Of a stretch of 64,000 nucleotides of DNA, positions 21,513 to 31,091 are shown piece after piece. Position 1 is the first letter of the stretch; each line of letters opens with the position of its first letter. This DNA is from Gemmatales bacterium (lineage in GTDB: Bacteria > Planctomycetota > Planctomycetia > Gemmatales > HRBIN36). The position numbers were made by a program, and so were the translations under genes. The stretch covers positions 224,001-288,000 of the forward strand of contig JBEPZY010000005.1 of assembly GCA_041640595.1 (NCBI GenBank). Direction: 5' to 3'. Under the pieces are notes generated by a model that was not told the DNA's origin, ran no database searches, and saw only the letters and a list, made by a program, of their open reading frames with translations.

Positions 21513-21951
21513 GATCGCTACCTCACGGCTTCCGTCGAATCACCAGCAAGCTGCCAAACAGTGTGCGTGCGCAGATCGTAGATTATATCCCCGGCACAGG
21601 AAGTGAAAGATGGATGAAGACCGGCGGTTGGACTGGCCTGGGATGTGAACATTTGTATAATCGGGCAAGGTGATGGTAATTTTTGCTTCACTTGGCGTCT
21701 GGATACACCAGGCGGAACCGGTAAGCTTTTCCCAATGCAAGAAGGATGACGGCGCAACGTATTGTTTGGGAACCTCTTACGGCGAAACGCTAGATTTTCA
21801 CTGGAATTGTGTGCCTGGCCTGGGAATTGCTGTAAACTTGAGTGGGCCGCAAAACGGATGACCTGCCGGAACCAGCGCAAGTTTTCGTCTAAACGGCGTA
21901 ATACCTATTCCACCGGGAAAATTCGGTGAGGGAGTGAAACATTTTGACGGC

Positions 21952-21980
21952 TTGCGTCGTCTATTAATACACGGCATAAT
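21952..21980 (+). promoter_or_regulatory. Sigma70-type promoter TTGCGT-N17-CATAAT for the sigma factor gene
   Basis: Boxes at 21952-21957 and 21975-21980 in an AT-rich intergenic region. Confidence 0.5.
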
Positions 21981-22004
21981 AGGTACGCCTTTTGCTTGGG
22001 AAAT

Positions 22005-22025
22005 TATCAAAAACAATTTTTGATA
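22005..22025. promoter_or_regulatory. Operator-like perfect inverted repeat TATCAAAAA-CAA-TTTTTGATA
   Basis: 9-bp arms with 3-nt spacer just downstream of the predicted promoter. Confidence 0.5.
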
Positions 22026-22249
22026 TCGGGCGTATTAATCTTGCCGGGACTGTCGAATCTGCCGACAATAAACGGTCTTGATGGCAACGATAGAGAAACA
22101 AGTCCTGGCAAGAGAAAGGATTAGGAAAGGGGGATGGAATCGGTCCAGGAACCTGCCTTCGCCTCGCCCAGGTCCCCCAAGCGGAACCGCGAAGGTAGGA
22201 ATAACTGGCCCCAGATAGGCCGCCGATCCCGGCGGCGAAAGGAGCAGCC

Positions 22250-23935
22250 ATGCGGAACGAGTTTCGTAACCAGTTGATGCGGGAACTTTGCGACCAGGTG
22301 GTGCGCTATGCACCGGTGGATCGCAAGCTGGAGCAGCTCAGCCGAGCTGAACGCTTGCTCACCGAAGTGGTGCACCAGCGCACTTATCCCTACCAGTACG
22401 TTTGCTATCGCATTACCGGTTTTCGTCCGGATACTCATGCCGAGGACATGATTAGCGGTGAAGACCTCGAGCACGATTTGTCGCTATTTATTGCCACGCT
22501 GTCGGAACACGTGCCGGCAGTGCCGATTGAGCAAATGCCGGAACCTGTTTTGCATCTGGAACAGGTCAAGAAGCGGCTGCGTGTCTCGGCACGGACGCTC
22601 AGCCAGCTGCGCGAACACGGTCTGGTTAGCCGGAAAGTAATCTGCAAGGGTCGGCAGCGGGTGGTAATCCGTCAGTCGGTGTTGGATCACTATCTGGAAC
22701 AGCACGGCAAGCCGACTGCGGAGGTGCTCAAGCTGGGTCAGTTTGAGCCGCAGGAACGCGAACGGATTTTGCGCTGGGCCCGCTGCATGGCTCGAGTCGC
22801 CCCGGACCGAGCAGAAGAGATCTTTCGCCGTCTGGCGCGGCGATTCGGCCGGCGTGTGCAGGCTATCCGTGCGCTGATTCGGGCTCACGATGAGGCTCAT
22901 CCCGACCAGGCAATCTTCCCGGGTCTGCATGGGCCACTCGACGAACACGCCAAGCGAGCCATTTACACCTCCTACACGCAGGGAATTTCTATTGACCGTC
23001 TGGCCAAGGCATACCACCGCACGCGGACGACAATTCAGCGTGTGCTGAACGAACAACGTGCCCGTGCCTTGCTGGCCAAGCCGATTGACTACATTCCCAG
23101 CCCTGAATTCGAGGACCCGAAACTCGAGGCGGCAATTCTTGCGCCGATGCCGGGTGCCGAGGAATACGAGGCAGCCCGTGCCAAAATGCAGCGCAATGTG
23201 CCTCGGGATCTGCCTCCGGAGCTGGCTTCGCTCTATCAGGTGCCGCTGCTCAAGCCCGAACAGGAACGGCATCTGTTCCGGCAGATGAACTACCTGAAGT
23301 TCAAGGCAGCGCGACTTGCTGAGCGGATTGATCCGAGCAAGGCGAAAACGGCCGAGCTGGACGAATTGGAAGATTTGCTGAAGCGTGCTCAGGCCGTCCG
23401 TGAACTGCTTATCACGGCTAATATGCGGTTGGTGGCCTCCATCGCCAAGCGCTATGCCGAACGACTCGGCTATCCAGGAGCATTCTTTGAGCTATTCAGC
23501 GATGGGAATGTCTCGCTGATTCGAGCGGTGGAGAAATTTGACTACATGCGCGGCAACAAGTTCAGCACCTACGCCACCTGGGCCATCCGCAAGAACTTCA
23601 CGCGGAGTATCCCGGCTGAACAGGTGCACCACGACCGCTTCATCACCGGCCGCGAGGAAATGTTCGAGACGGCCGAGGATACGCGGAGCGATGAATTCGG
23701 CCAGCTGAACCGCGCCAATCGGGCTCGCGAGAACGTCATGAAGCTGCTTGACCGACTCGACGAGCGCGAGCGGCGGATTATCCAGCTGCGAATCGGTCTC
23801 GGTGAAACCCGCGGCATGACGCTCGAGGAAGTCGGACGCGAACTCGGCATCACCAAAGAGCGCGTTCGTCAGCTCGAGGCTCGCGGCATGAGTAAGCTCC
23901 GGGCCATGCTCGAACAGGAACACATCGAAATCTAA
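22250..23935 (+). CDS. Sigma-70 family RNA polymerase sigma factor with long N-terminal HTH-containing extension
   Basis: Region 2 ANMRLVASIAKRY..AVEKFDYMRGNKFSTYATWAI; region 4 TLEEVGRELGITKERVRQLE; AAGGAG SD. Confidence 0.92.
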   Translation: MRNEFRNQLMRELCDQVVRYAPVDRKLEQLSRAERLLTEVVHQRTYPYQYVCYRITGFRPDTHAEDMISGEDLEHDLSLFIATLSEHVPAVPIEQMPEPVLHLEQVKKRLRVSARTLSQLREHGLVSRKVICKGRQRVVIRQSVLDHYLEQHGKPTAEVLKLGQFEPQERERILRWARCMARVAPDRAEEIFRRLARRFGRRVQAIRALIRAHDEAHPDQAIFPGLHGPLDEHAKRAIYTSYTQGISIDRLAKAYHRTRTTIQRVLNEQRARALLAKPIDYIPSPEFEDPKLEAAILAPMPGAEEYEAARAKMQRNVPRDLPPELASLYQVPLLKPEQERHLFRQMNYLKFKAARLAERIDPSKAKTAELDELEDLLKRAQAVRELLITANMRLVASIAKRYAERLGYPGAFFELFSDGNVSLIRAVEKFDYMRGNKFSTYATWAIRKNFTRSIPAEQVHHDRFITGREEMFETAEDTRSDEFGQLNRANRARENVMKLLDRLDERERRIIQLRIGLGETRGMTLEEVGRELGITKERVRQLEARGMSKLRAMLEQEHIEI

Positions 23936-23967
23936 TCGCCAAATGGCCGGACGTTTACGCCAAGCAC

Positions 23968-24000
23968 CAGGGGCACGGTTGGCCGTGCCCCTGATTTTTT
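23968..24000 (+). terminator. Rho-independent terminator
   Basis: CAGGGGCACGG-TTGG-CCGTGCCCCTG followed by ATTTTTT. Confidence 0.9.
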
Positions 24001-24087
24001 GTATCGGCGAGTCGGAGTTTCGCTGCGGCACCCCTGCGGTGACGAGAGGTGTATGCGGATAAGACGGTTTACTGCCGGCAGCGGCGT

Positions 24088-26712
24088 TTACTTCTGGCTC
24101 TCGTCCTTGAGGCTCTCGTCCTGTCGTTTGTAAACTCGGACTGCAAACTTGTAAGCGGGGACTTGATCTTCTTGAGTTTGCGCGTTGCCCTGACCGCCGC
24201 CAGCCATTCCGCCAAATAGCGCACCTGGAAGGGCCAGCTCAGCGACGACAACCCTGCCATCCCTGGCATCGAAGCAGGCCAGTGGTTGAATGGTGAACAC
24301 GCCTGAAGTAACCGCACTGGATAGCCGCAAGGACAAATCTGACCATTCTCCCAGGAACTTACCCGCTTTGGCATCCCATAGACGGGGTGATGCTTGGAGG
24401 TTGGGAAGTAAATAATCCCAGCTAACGAGCTGCTGAGTGTGCGGGTCGAAGGCGATCATTGGGGCTGTCCGGGATAAATACCAGTAATCCAATCCGACGT
24501 AGCTACCTATAGACGCCAGGCGTGGATTATTGGGGGCACCCGGCCCGATACCGATACCGATACCGACATTGTTGCCACCAGGTCCAGGGTCTGCATTGGT
24601 TTCGCCGGCAAAAAAGCGCTGGATCCTGGCTCCATCGGCTATCTTGTGCGTCGTGACGTAGCCATCGCTCCAAGAAGCGGCTACCAGCGACCCGTCCGGG
24701 TGAATGGCAACTCGTTCGTAGAGGGCCGGCGAAGCAAACGGCCGAACCGCGTCAGCACTTTCCTGAGACCAGAGACGTTTGCCTTGCTCCATATCAAACA
24801 CGACCAGCGAAGCACGGAACCGCGGGCCATCGAATCCGGCTCCCTGTCCACCACCAACAAACCCCTGTAGCGGTTGATTGCCCGGTGCGCCTGGTTTTCG
24901 ATTACCTTGATTCTGAACAGCTGGCTGCCAGAGGATGGTTGCCGCCAGGTATTTGCCACTCGCAGAAACAGCCAGGTCGCGCACCTCAAACAATTCTTTT
25001 TTGCCGAGAAGGTTCGCCCAGTCCTGTTTTAATTCGCCGGTTGCAGCATCGTAGCTGGCCAGCTGGCGACCCATACCAGCAATAACGAGCTGTTTCCCGT
25101 CGGGCGTGAAACGAACCAGGCGAGGTTCGTATTCTTTCTTCAGTTCAATCGTTCGCTGGAGTTTCCAATCGGGCTTTTCACCTGGTTGGGATAGCGAATA
25201 CAGTTCGAGGCGAGGCACCTGATTGCGTGCACCGATAGCGATGGCGAGATGTTTACCGTCTGGGGAGAATTCCATGTCCCAGATTCGCTCTTCACGGGAG
25301 ACGACTTTGTAGGGCACGCCCGGTCCAAAGGGCTTGCCCAGACCACCAAACGCCCCGCCACCCGGTCCGCCACCAATACCCGGACCTCCTATCAGACCTG
25401 CCCCCTGAAATCCAGCACCTCCGCCGAACGCACCTGCTCCTGGAGCGCCACCAGGTGCAGGTATGGCTTGCGGTAATTCGCGGGGCGGATTCCTGGGTTC
25501 CCGGATGGTGATTGGCGTTTCCTTCGCATCTTTGCGGAGTGAATACAGCTGGACGTAGCCGTAGGCGTTACCCACGGCCAAATGCTCCTGATCCGGCGAG
25601 AGTGCCAGGGCAATCGGCACTTCCACATTTTCCCAGGCGGCCAACTGACGCCAGCGAATGCCCCCACCGGGTTGAGCTTTCGGCTGGTCGGCTTTGGCTT
25701 GCGGTTTGGGTCGCGGCGTGGGTTTCCGAGGCAGCTGTGCCTGAGCCTGTAGCTCCTGCCCATCGGCTGACGGCTGGTCATTTTCCTGGGCTTGCGTGCC
25801 ACCTTTCGGCGCTTGCCCGGCGAAAATGGGGACATCATGCGGCGACGGTTGTTTCCCTGCGGACAGGACGGACCAGCCCATCAGTCCGGCTCCGAAAAAT
25901 AGTGCCGTCGCAGCAGCGCAGGTTGTCCAAAAGGCAATGCGTGTCATGGTCATGCTCCTTAGGATTTGCTGTGCCAGGGCATAGCTGGCAGGTACAGCCG
26001 ATTCCGAGATTCGTCCAGCGAGCATTTGCAGCGCTAGTCGGGACGTATTCGCCACCAGATTGGCCGGCACTTCCGCCACCGCGTGAGGAATGGTGCCAGA
26101 GACACCCGCACCCAGATCCCGTCCGTACCGGCGGAGGCGTTGGGCCAGCAATTGCCGACCGCGATGCACTCTGCTGGCCACTGTGCCTTCCGGTAGCTGT
26201 AACGCTTTCGCCGCCTCCTGACGGGTCATTTCCTGCAGGTCGCACAGGATGAGCGGTGTGCGATAGTGTTCAGGCAGCTTCGCTAACTCGCGGTAGAGCA
26301 ACTCCAGCTCGTCCTGGTCGAGCGAACCATTATCCCCGTTGCTTTCGTTGAGCGAATACTGGGTTTCGCAGCGTTTTCGTCGTGCCTGGCTGCGGCGAAT
26401 CTTCCAGCAGATACGTTGGGCGACACCGTATAGCCAGCTTCCTAGCTCGCGGTTACGGATGGTGCCGAGCTTTTGCGCCAGAACCAGAAAAGTCGCCTGG
26501 AAAGCGTCTTCGGCATCCTGCGAATGACGAAGCATACCGCTGCACACCCGCCAGACCAGCCGGGCATACCGCTTCACCAGTAACGCAAACGCGAACTGAT
26601 CGGCCTGTTCCTGAAACCGGCGGATTAACTCCCGGTCGCTCACACTCTCGCCACCGTTCTGGGTCTCCGCTTGCAGCAAGACGTTCAGCAAATCCAGAGT
26701 GTCCGAGTGCAT
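24088..26712 (-). CDS. ECF sigma factor fused to a transmembrane helix and a WD40-like beta-propeller
   Basis: DAEDAFQATFLVL, WLYGVA, LPEHYR..LPEGTVASRVHRGR; TM segment; FSPDG/FTPDG/HPDG blades. Probable start ATG 26712 (ORF track 26832). Confidence 0.9.
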   Translation of the reverse strand: MHSDTLDLLNVLLQAETQNGGESVSDRELIRRFQEQADQFAFALLVKRYARLVWRVCSGMLRHSQDAEDAFQATFLVLAQKLGTIRNRELGSWLYGVAQRICWKIRRSQARRKRCETQYSLNESNGDNGSLDQDELELLYRELAKLPEHYRTPLILCDLQEMTRQEAAKALQLPEGTVASRVHRGRQLLAQRLRRYGRDLGAGVSGTIPHAVAEVPANLVANTSRLALQMLAGRISESAVPASYALAQQILRSMTMTRIAFWTTCAAATALFFGAGLMGWSVLSAGKQPSPHDVPIFAGQAPKGGTQAQENDQPSADGQELQAQAQLPRKPTPRPKPQAKADQPKAQPGGGIRWRQLAAWENVEVPIALALSPDQEHLAVGNAYGYVQLYSLRKDAKETPITIREPRNPPRELPQAIPAPGGAPGAGAFGGGAGFQGAGLIGGPGIGGGPGGGAFGGLGKPFGPGVPYKVVSREERIWDMEFSPDGKHLAIAIGARNQVPRLELYSLSQPGEKPDWKLQRTIELKKEYEPRLVRFTPDGKQLVIAGMGRQLASYDAATGELKQDWANLLGKKELFEVRDLAVSASGKYLAATILWQPAVQNQGNRKPGAPGNQPLQGFVGGGQGAGFDGPRFRASLVVFDMEQGKRLWSQESADAVRPFASPALYERVAIHPDGSLVAASWSDGYVTTHKIADGARIQRFFAGETNADPGPGGNNVGIGIGIGPGAPNNPRLASIGSYVGLDYWYLSRTAPMIAFDPHTQQLVSWDYLLPNLQASPRLWDAKAGKFLGEWSDLSLRLSSAVTSGVFTIQPLACFDARDGRVVVAELALPGALFGGMAGGGQGNAQTQEDQVPAYKFAVRVYKRQDESLKDESQK

Positions 26713-26967
26713 CGTATCGCCGACCGATATGTCTGCCTGTACAGTAATAGTTCCCGATAACCACCGGATTGTTGCATCGTGCACATGACTTGCCCTACTG
26801 GTGGGATTATAGCGTCTTATTTCGGAGGACACGTTTGGGGCACCGAACGTTGCCGGAACACTGAGCTATCTCCTGAAAAACACTCCCGACCCGATCGCCC
26901 GCTGCTGGCTGCTACCTTTTTCAGGGATCGTCATCGGAACAAACTGAAAAACATCTGCTCGCGGACT

Positions 26968-27071
26968 GTTCCCGAAGCCAGTATCCCCGCCGTTGCGCGC
27001 CAGCGAGACAGCATTTTACGGGAGCCGGTATCTCCAGCGGGTTCCCGAAGCCAATATCCTTGCCGGTGCGC
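26968..27071. repeat. Imperfect 31-bp direct repeat pair with a degenerate internal third copy
   Basis: GTTCCCGAAGCCAGTATCCCCGCCGTTGCGC (26968-26998) vs GTTCCCGAAGCCAATATCCTTGCCGGTGCGC (27041-27071), 27/31 identical. Confidence 0.85.
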
Positions 27072-27153
27072 ATCGGAGCATAAACTGAACTTTCGGAAAG
27101 CAAGCTGGTGATGAACGGCGATGCGGAGGATGACGCCCGAACCTGAGGGACTC

Positions 27154-27996
27154 ATGCTTCTTGGCTACAACACCAACGGGCTAACGGGAATCCCACTGGA
27201 GGATGCTCTGCGCCTGTTGGCGGACTTTGGCTATCAGAGCGTGGCAATTACGCTGGATTATAAGGCTCTGGATCCGTTTGACCGAACCACCTGGCAGAGT
27301 CAGGCCGGGCGTATCAGGATTTGCCTGGATCGGTTGGGGTTGCGGTGTGTGGTGGAGACGGGGTCGCGGTTCCTGCTCGACCCAGCCCACAAGCATCGCC
27401 CAACCTTACTGGACGCGGAAGCTGAGCAGAGAAAGCGACGGTGGTGTTTGCTGGAGCGAGCCATCCGCCTGGCAGCCATTCTGCGGGCAGATGCCGTCAG
27501 TTTCTGGTCGGGTGTAGCCGACTCCGAAGAGCCGGAGGAGGTGCTGTATTCGCGGTTGGTTTCGGCTTGCCAGGAACTGTGTGAGGCTGCTGAGCGGCAT
27601 AACGTGCGGCTGGCTTTCGAGCCGGAACCTGGTATGTGGGTGGACACGATGCCGCGATTCGAACGGTTATGGCGAGCGGTGGGCCATCCGAATTTCGGAC
27701 TGACCCTGGATATCGGGCACCTGGTTTGTCAGGGCGAATCCATTTCCGATACGATTCGTCGCTGGCGGGATGTGTTATGGAACGTTCACCTCGAGGATAT
27801 GCGTTACGGTGTGCACGAACACTTGCCGTTTGGTGAAGGTGAGGTACCGGTGCCGCAGGTGTTGCAACTGCTGGCGGAAGTCGGGTATCGCGGGGGAGTC
27901 CACGTGGAGCTGAGTCGCCACAGCCATGAAGGTCTGGCTATGGCTCGCCGGGCTCGCGATTATTTGCGGCAACACTGGCCCCGTTCCGGACTATAA
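27154..27996 (+). CDS. Sugar phosphate isomerase/epimerase (xylose-isomerase-like TIM barrel)
   Basis: LGYNTNG, ETGSRFLLDP, FEPEPG, LDIGH, VHLED, HEHL, VELSRH. Confidence 0.85.
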   Translation: MLLGYNTNGLTGIPLEDALRLLADFGYQSVAITLDYKALDPFDRTTWQSQAGRIRICLDRLGLRCVVETGSRFLLDPAHKHRPTLLDAEAEQRKRRWCLLERAIRLAAILRADAVSFWSGVADSEEPEEVLYSRLVSACQELCEAAERHNVRLAFEPEPGMWVDTMPRFERLWRAVGHPNFGLTLDIGHLVCQGESISDTIRRWRDVLWNVHLEDMRYGVHEHLPFGEGEVPVPQVLQLLAEVGYRGGVHVELSRHSHEGLAMARRARDYLRQHWPRSGL

Positions 27997-28125
27997 TGCC
28001 ACACTGCCTGGCTTGCACGCTTCGATGCCCGACGCTGCCGGCGTAAAGGGCCAGGAGCAAGCTGACCGAGCTTGCCAGGCACGCGAAATCATTCAAGCGA
28101 ATCGGAACACAGAGGTGCGCCTGCG

Positions 28126-29268
28126 ATGTTCAAGTATCGCTTACTGACGCCTGGACCGACACCGGTGCCGGAAGACACATTGCTGGAGCTGGCGCGACCG
28201 GTACCGCATCACCGCACACCGGAAGCGCGGCAGATTCTCGCCGAGGTGGTCTCGGGATTGCAATATGTGTTTCAGACCAGGAACGACGTGCTACCGCTGA
28301 CCTGCTCCGGAACCGGTGCTATGGAGGCGGCACTCGTGCACGCGGCTCCTCGCGGAGCGAAAGCCATTTGCCTGGTGGCCGGGAAATTTGGTGAACGCTG
28401 GCACAAATTATGGCAGGCGTTTGGTGTGGAATCGGTAGCGGTGACCGTTCCGCCGGGCGAAGTGGTTACACCGGAACAGCTAGAACAGGCGTTACGAGCT
28501 CATCCGGACGCGGTGGCAGTTTGCGCGGTTCACAGCGAAACCAGCACCGGTGTGAAACACGATCTGGCGGCGCTGGGTGCGTTGGTGGCCAGAACCGAGG
28601 CGGTGTTCATCGTGGACGCGGTCAGCTCAGCCGGGGCACTGGAGTTGCGGATGGACGATTGGCACATTGATTTTCTGGCCACCGGTTCGCAAAAAGCGTT
28701 GATGCTGCCGCCGGGACTGGCTTTTGTCGCCGTCAGCGAAAAAGGCTGGCGTGCTGTTAACCGGCATCAACCGCCGGTATTTTACTTTGATCTCCGCAAG
28801 GCACGGGAGAAAATCCGGGAAAACGATACGCCGTTCACGCCAGCCCATACGCTTTTGCGGGCGTTGCGTAAAAGTTTACAGCGCATCCGCGCGGAAGGGA
28901 TCGAGAATATCTGGCAGCGACATCGCCGCGTTGCTCAGGCCTGCCGTGCCGCGGTGCAAGCGTTGGGACTGGAACTGTTCGCGCGGGTACCGGCAGAGGG
29001 GCTGACTGCCGTCAAAGTCCCAGCTCAGGTGGACGGACAGGAATTGTTGCGGCGATTGGAAAAAGAGTACGGCGTCAAGCTGGCCGGGGGACAGGACCAG
29101 CTCAAGGGCAAAATCTTCCGCATCGCTCACATGGGATACATAGACTTTTTTGACGTGCTCGCTGCCATCGCCGCCATCGAGCTGGTACTGCGCGACATGG
29201 GCTTTCCGGTAACGCCTGGGGCAGGCCTCGCCGCTGCCCAAAAGAGCTATGCGTCGGCTTTAGTCTGA
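28126..29268 (+). CDS. Class V PLP aminotransferase (serine-pyruvate/alanine-glyoxylate type)
   Basis: LLTPGP, SGTGAME, HSETSTG, VDAVSS, GSQKALMLPPG, FRIAHMG. Confidence 0.92.
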   Translation: MFKYRLLTPGPTPVPEDTLLELARPVPHHRTPEARQILAEVVSGLQYVFQTRNDVLPLTCSGTGAMEAALVHAAPRGAKAICLVAGKFGERWHKLWQAFGVESVAVTVPPGEVVTPEQLEQALRAHPDAVAVCAVHSETSTGVKHDLAALGALVARTEAVFIVDAVSSAGALELRMDDWHIDFLATGSQKALMLPPGLAFVAVSEKGWRAVNRHQPPVFYFDLRKAREKIRENDTPFTPAHTLLRALRKSLQRIRAEGIENIWQRHRRVAQACRAAVQALGLELFARVPAEGLTAVKVPAQVDGQELLRRLEKEYGVKLAGGQDQLKGKIFRIAHMGYIDFFDVLAAIAAIELVLRDMGFPVTPGAGLAAAQKSYASALV

Positions 29269-29395
29269 CTGGTCTTCGATGCGGGAGCCAGTAGCCTGAC
29301 CGCCCGCCAGCTGGCCAAGTGCTGCTTGCCTGGTGTATGATGACCCTCTGGCCCACCGCTTGCCGCCTGTCGTTCCCTGGCACGGAGGAATGGCT

Positions 29396-30604
29396 ATGAC
29401 GCCACACGTTTACCGATTGCTGCAAGGCTTCCGGGCAGACCTTCCGATTGAGCAAGCGGAGAGTATTCCCGCCAGCTGGTACACCGATACCGAGTTAGCG
29501 AACTGGGAACGGGATACGGTGTTTGCCCGGCACTGGCTGGTAGCTGGTCGGTCGGATCAGGTAGCCAAAGCTGGCGCTTATTTCACTGCGGAAATTGCGG
29601 GCCGGCCTGTTGTAGTGGTACGGGGGGAGGATGGAGTGTTGCGAGCCTTTTATAACGTTTGCCGACACCGTGCCGCTCGTGTGGCCGTCGGCGAGCAGGG
29701 AGTCGCAGACCGTTTTCGTTGCCGCTATCACGGCTGGACCTATGACCTGGCTGGCCAGCTGCGTGGCGTGCCCGAATTTGCGGGCGTGGAGAACTTCTGT
29801 CGTGAAGAAAACGGGCTGGTGCCCATTCAGGTAGCAGAATGGCCGCCGCTGGTCTTTGTCCATTTCGGTCAGCCTCACATCTCTTTGCAGGAGTACCTGG
29901 CCCCGATGCCAGAACGTTTGCGCATTTTCCATCTCGAAAAACTCCGCTTTGTAGCCCGCCGCGTGTATGATTTGGCGTGCAACTGGAAGGTCTTTGTTGA
30001 TAACTACCTCGATGGCGGCTACCACGTGCCGACCTTGCATCGGTCGCTGGCCCCGCTGCTGGATTACCAGCATTACGTAACCGAGACTTTCGCTTACTGC
30101 AGCCTGCAGAGCAGTCCGATGCGACAGCCGGATGCTCAGCGGGAAGATACCAGCGCTGCAGCAGTGCGAAAAGGAGAGCTGGCGGCTTACTGGTGGCTTT
30201 ATCCCAACTTCATGCTCAACGCCTACGAGGGCTACATGGACACCAATCTGGTCTTGCCACTAAGCGTGGAGCGTTGTCGGGTTATTTTTGATTTTTATTT
30301 TGCCGAGCCGCAAGACCCCTCCCAGGCGGAACGGTGGTACGCGGAAAGTATTGCGGTAGCTGACCGGGTGCAGCAGGAAGACGCGGAGATCTGCGAAGAA
30401 GTACAACGCGGTCTGACCAGTGGCATCTATCAAACCGGCCGATACAGTGTTCGTCGGGAAAATGGCATTTACCATTTCCATCGCCTGCTGGCTGCGGATT
30501 TGCAACGCGAGCCAGCATCCGCACCCGTCTCGGCAACCCTCAGGCTATCTTCCGGGGAAATCAACCAACCCGACAGTGCAACCGAATCGGCATCGAAGCG
30601 ATAG
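29396..30604 (+). CDS. Rieske non-heme iron oxygenase alpha subunit (choline monooxygenase-like)
   Basis: Rieske CRHR..CRYHGW; mononuclear iron site NWKVFVDNYLDGGYHVPTLH; GGAGG SD. Confidence 0.88.
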   Translation: MTPHVYRLLQGFRADLPIEQAESIPASWYTDTELANWERDTVFARHWLVAGRSDQVAKAGAYFTAEIAGRPVVVVRGEDGVLRAFYNVCRHRAARVAVGEQGVADRFRCRYHGWTYDLAGQLRGVPEFAGVENFCREENGLVPIQVAEWPPLVFVHFGQPHISLQEYLAPMPERLRIFHLEKLRFVARRVYDLACNWKVFVDNYLDGGYHVPTLHRSLAPLLDYQHYVTETFAYCSLQSSPMRQPDAQREDTSAAAVRKGELAAYWWLYPNFMLNAYEGYMDTNLVLPLSVERCRVIFDFYFAEPQDPSQAERWYAESIAVADRVQQEDAEICEEVQRGLTSGIYQTGRYSVRRENGIYHFHRLLAADLQREPASAPVSATLRLSSGEINQPDSATESASKR

Positions 30605-30619
30605 CTACGGAGCCTGGCA

Positions 30620-31033
30620 GTGAGCAATTACGAACCGCGATACCTGGCAGGGGTGCTTTTGTTCAACGACGGTGCATTTTTCGAGGCCCATGAAGTATGG
30701 GAAAGTTTGTGGCTGGAAAGTAGCGGGGAGGCCAAACGCTTTTACCAGGGTTTGATCCAGGCAGCGGTTTGCCTGTTGCATTTGAGCAATCGCAATTACC
30801 GAGGTGCGGCCCGGCTGTTTGAGTCCGCACGGAGTTATATGATGCCGTATCGTCCCGTTTATCTCGGCCTGGACATTGACGAGTTCTGGCAGCAGATGGA
30901 GCAAACCTGTCGAGCCTATCTGAACACACCCAATCCCCCGCGAGACGAACCTGGCAGTTACCCCCAGATCCAATTGCGACCGGAACCGGAGCACTGGCCC
31001 GAACCGGAAGATCTGCTTCCGGATTCAGAGTGA
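30620..31033 (+). CDS. DUF309 family protein
   Basis: LFN.G.FFEAHEVWE.LW..QGLIQAAV signature. Confidence 0.88.
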   Translation: MSNYEPRYLAGVLLFNDGAFFEAHEVWESLWLESSGEAKRFYQGLIQAAVCLLHLSNRNYRGAARLFESARSYMMPYRPVYLGLDIDEFWQQMEQTCRAYLNTPNPPRDEPGSYPQIQLRPEPEHWPEPEDLLPDSE

Positions 31034-31091
31034 GCCAGGAGCAGTTGCAGCAAATAGAATACTTTCGCATCCAGGGTGCGAGGGTTGAGCG

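Noticed and set aside
21513..21900. T-box riboswitch upstream of leuS
   Set aside because: No T-box consensus or terminator/antiterminator seen on the minus strand
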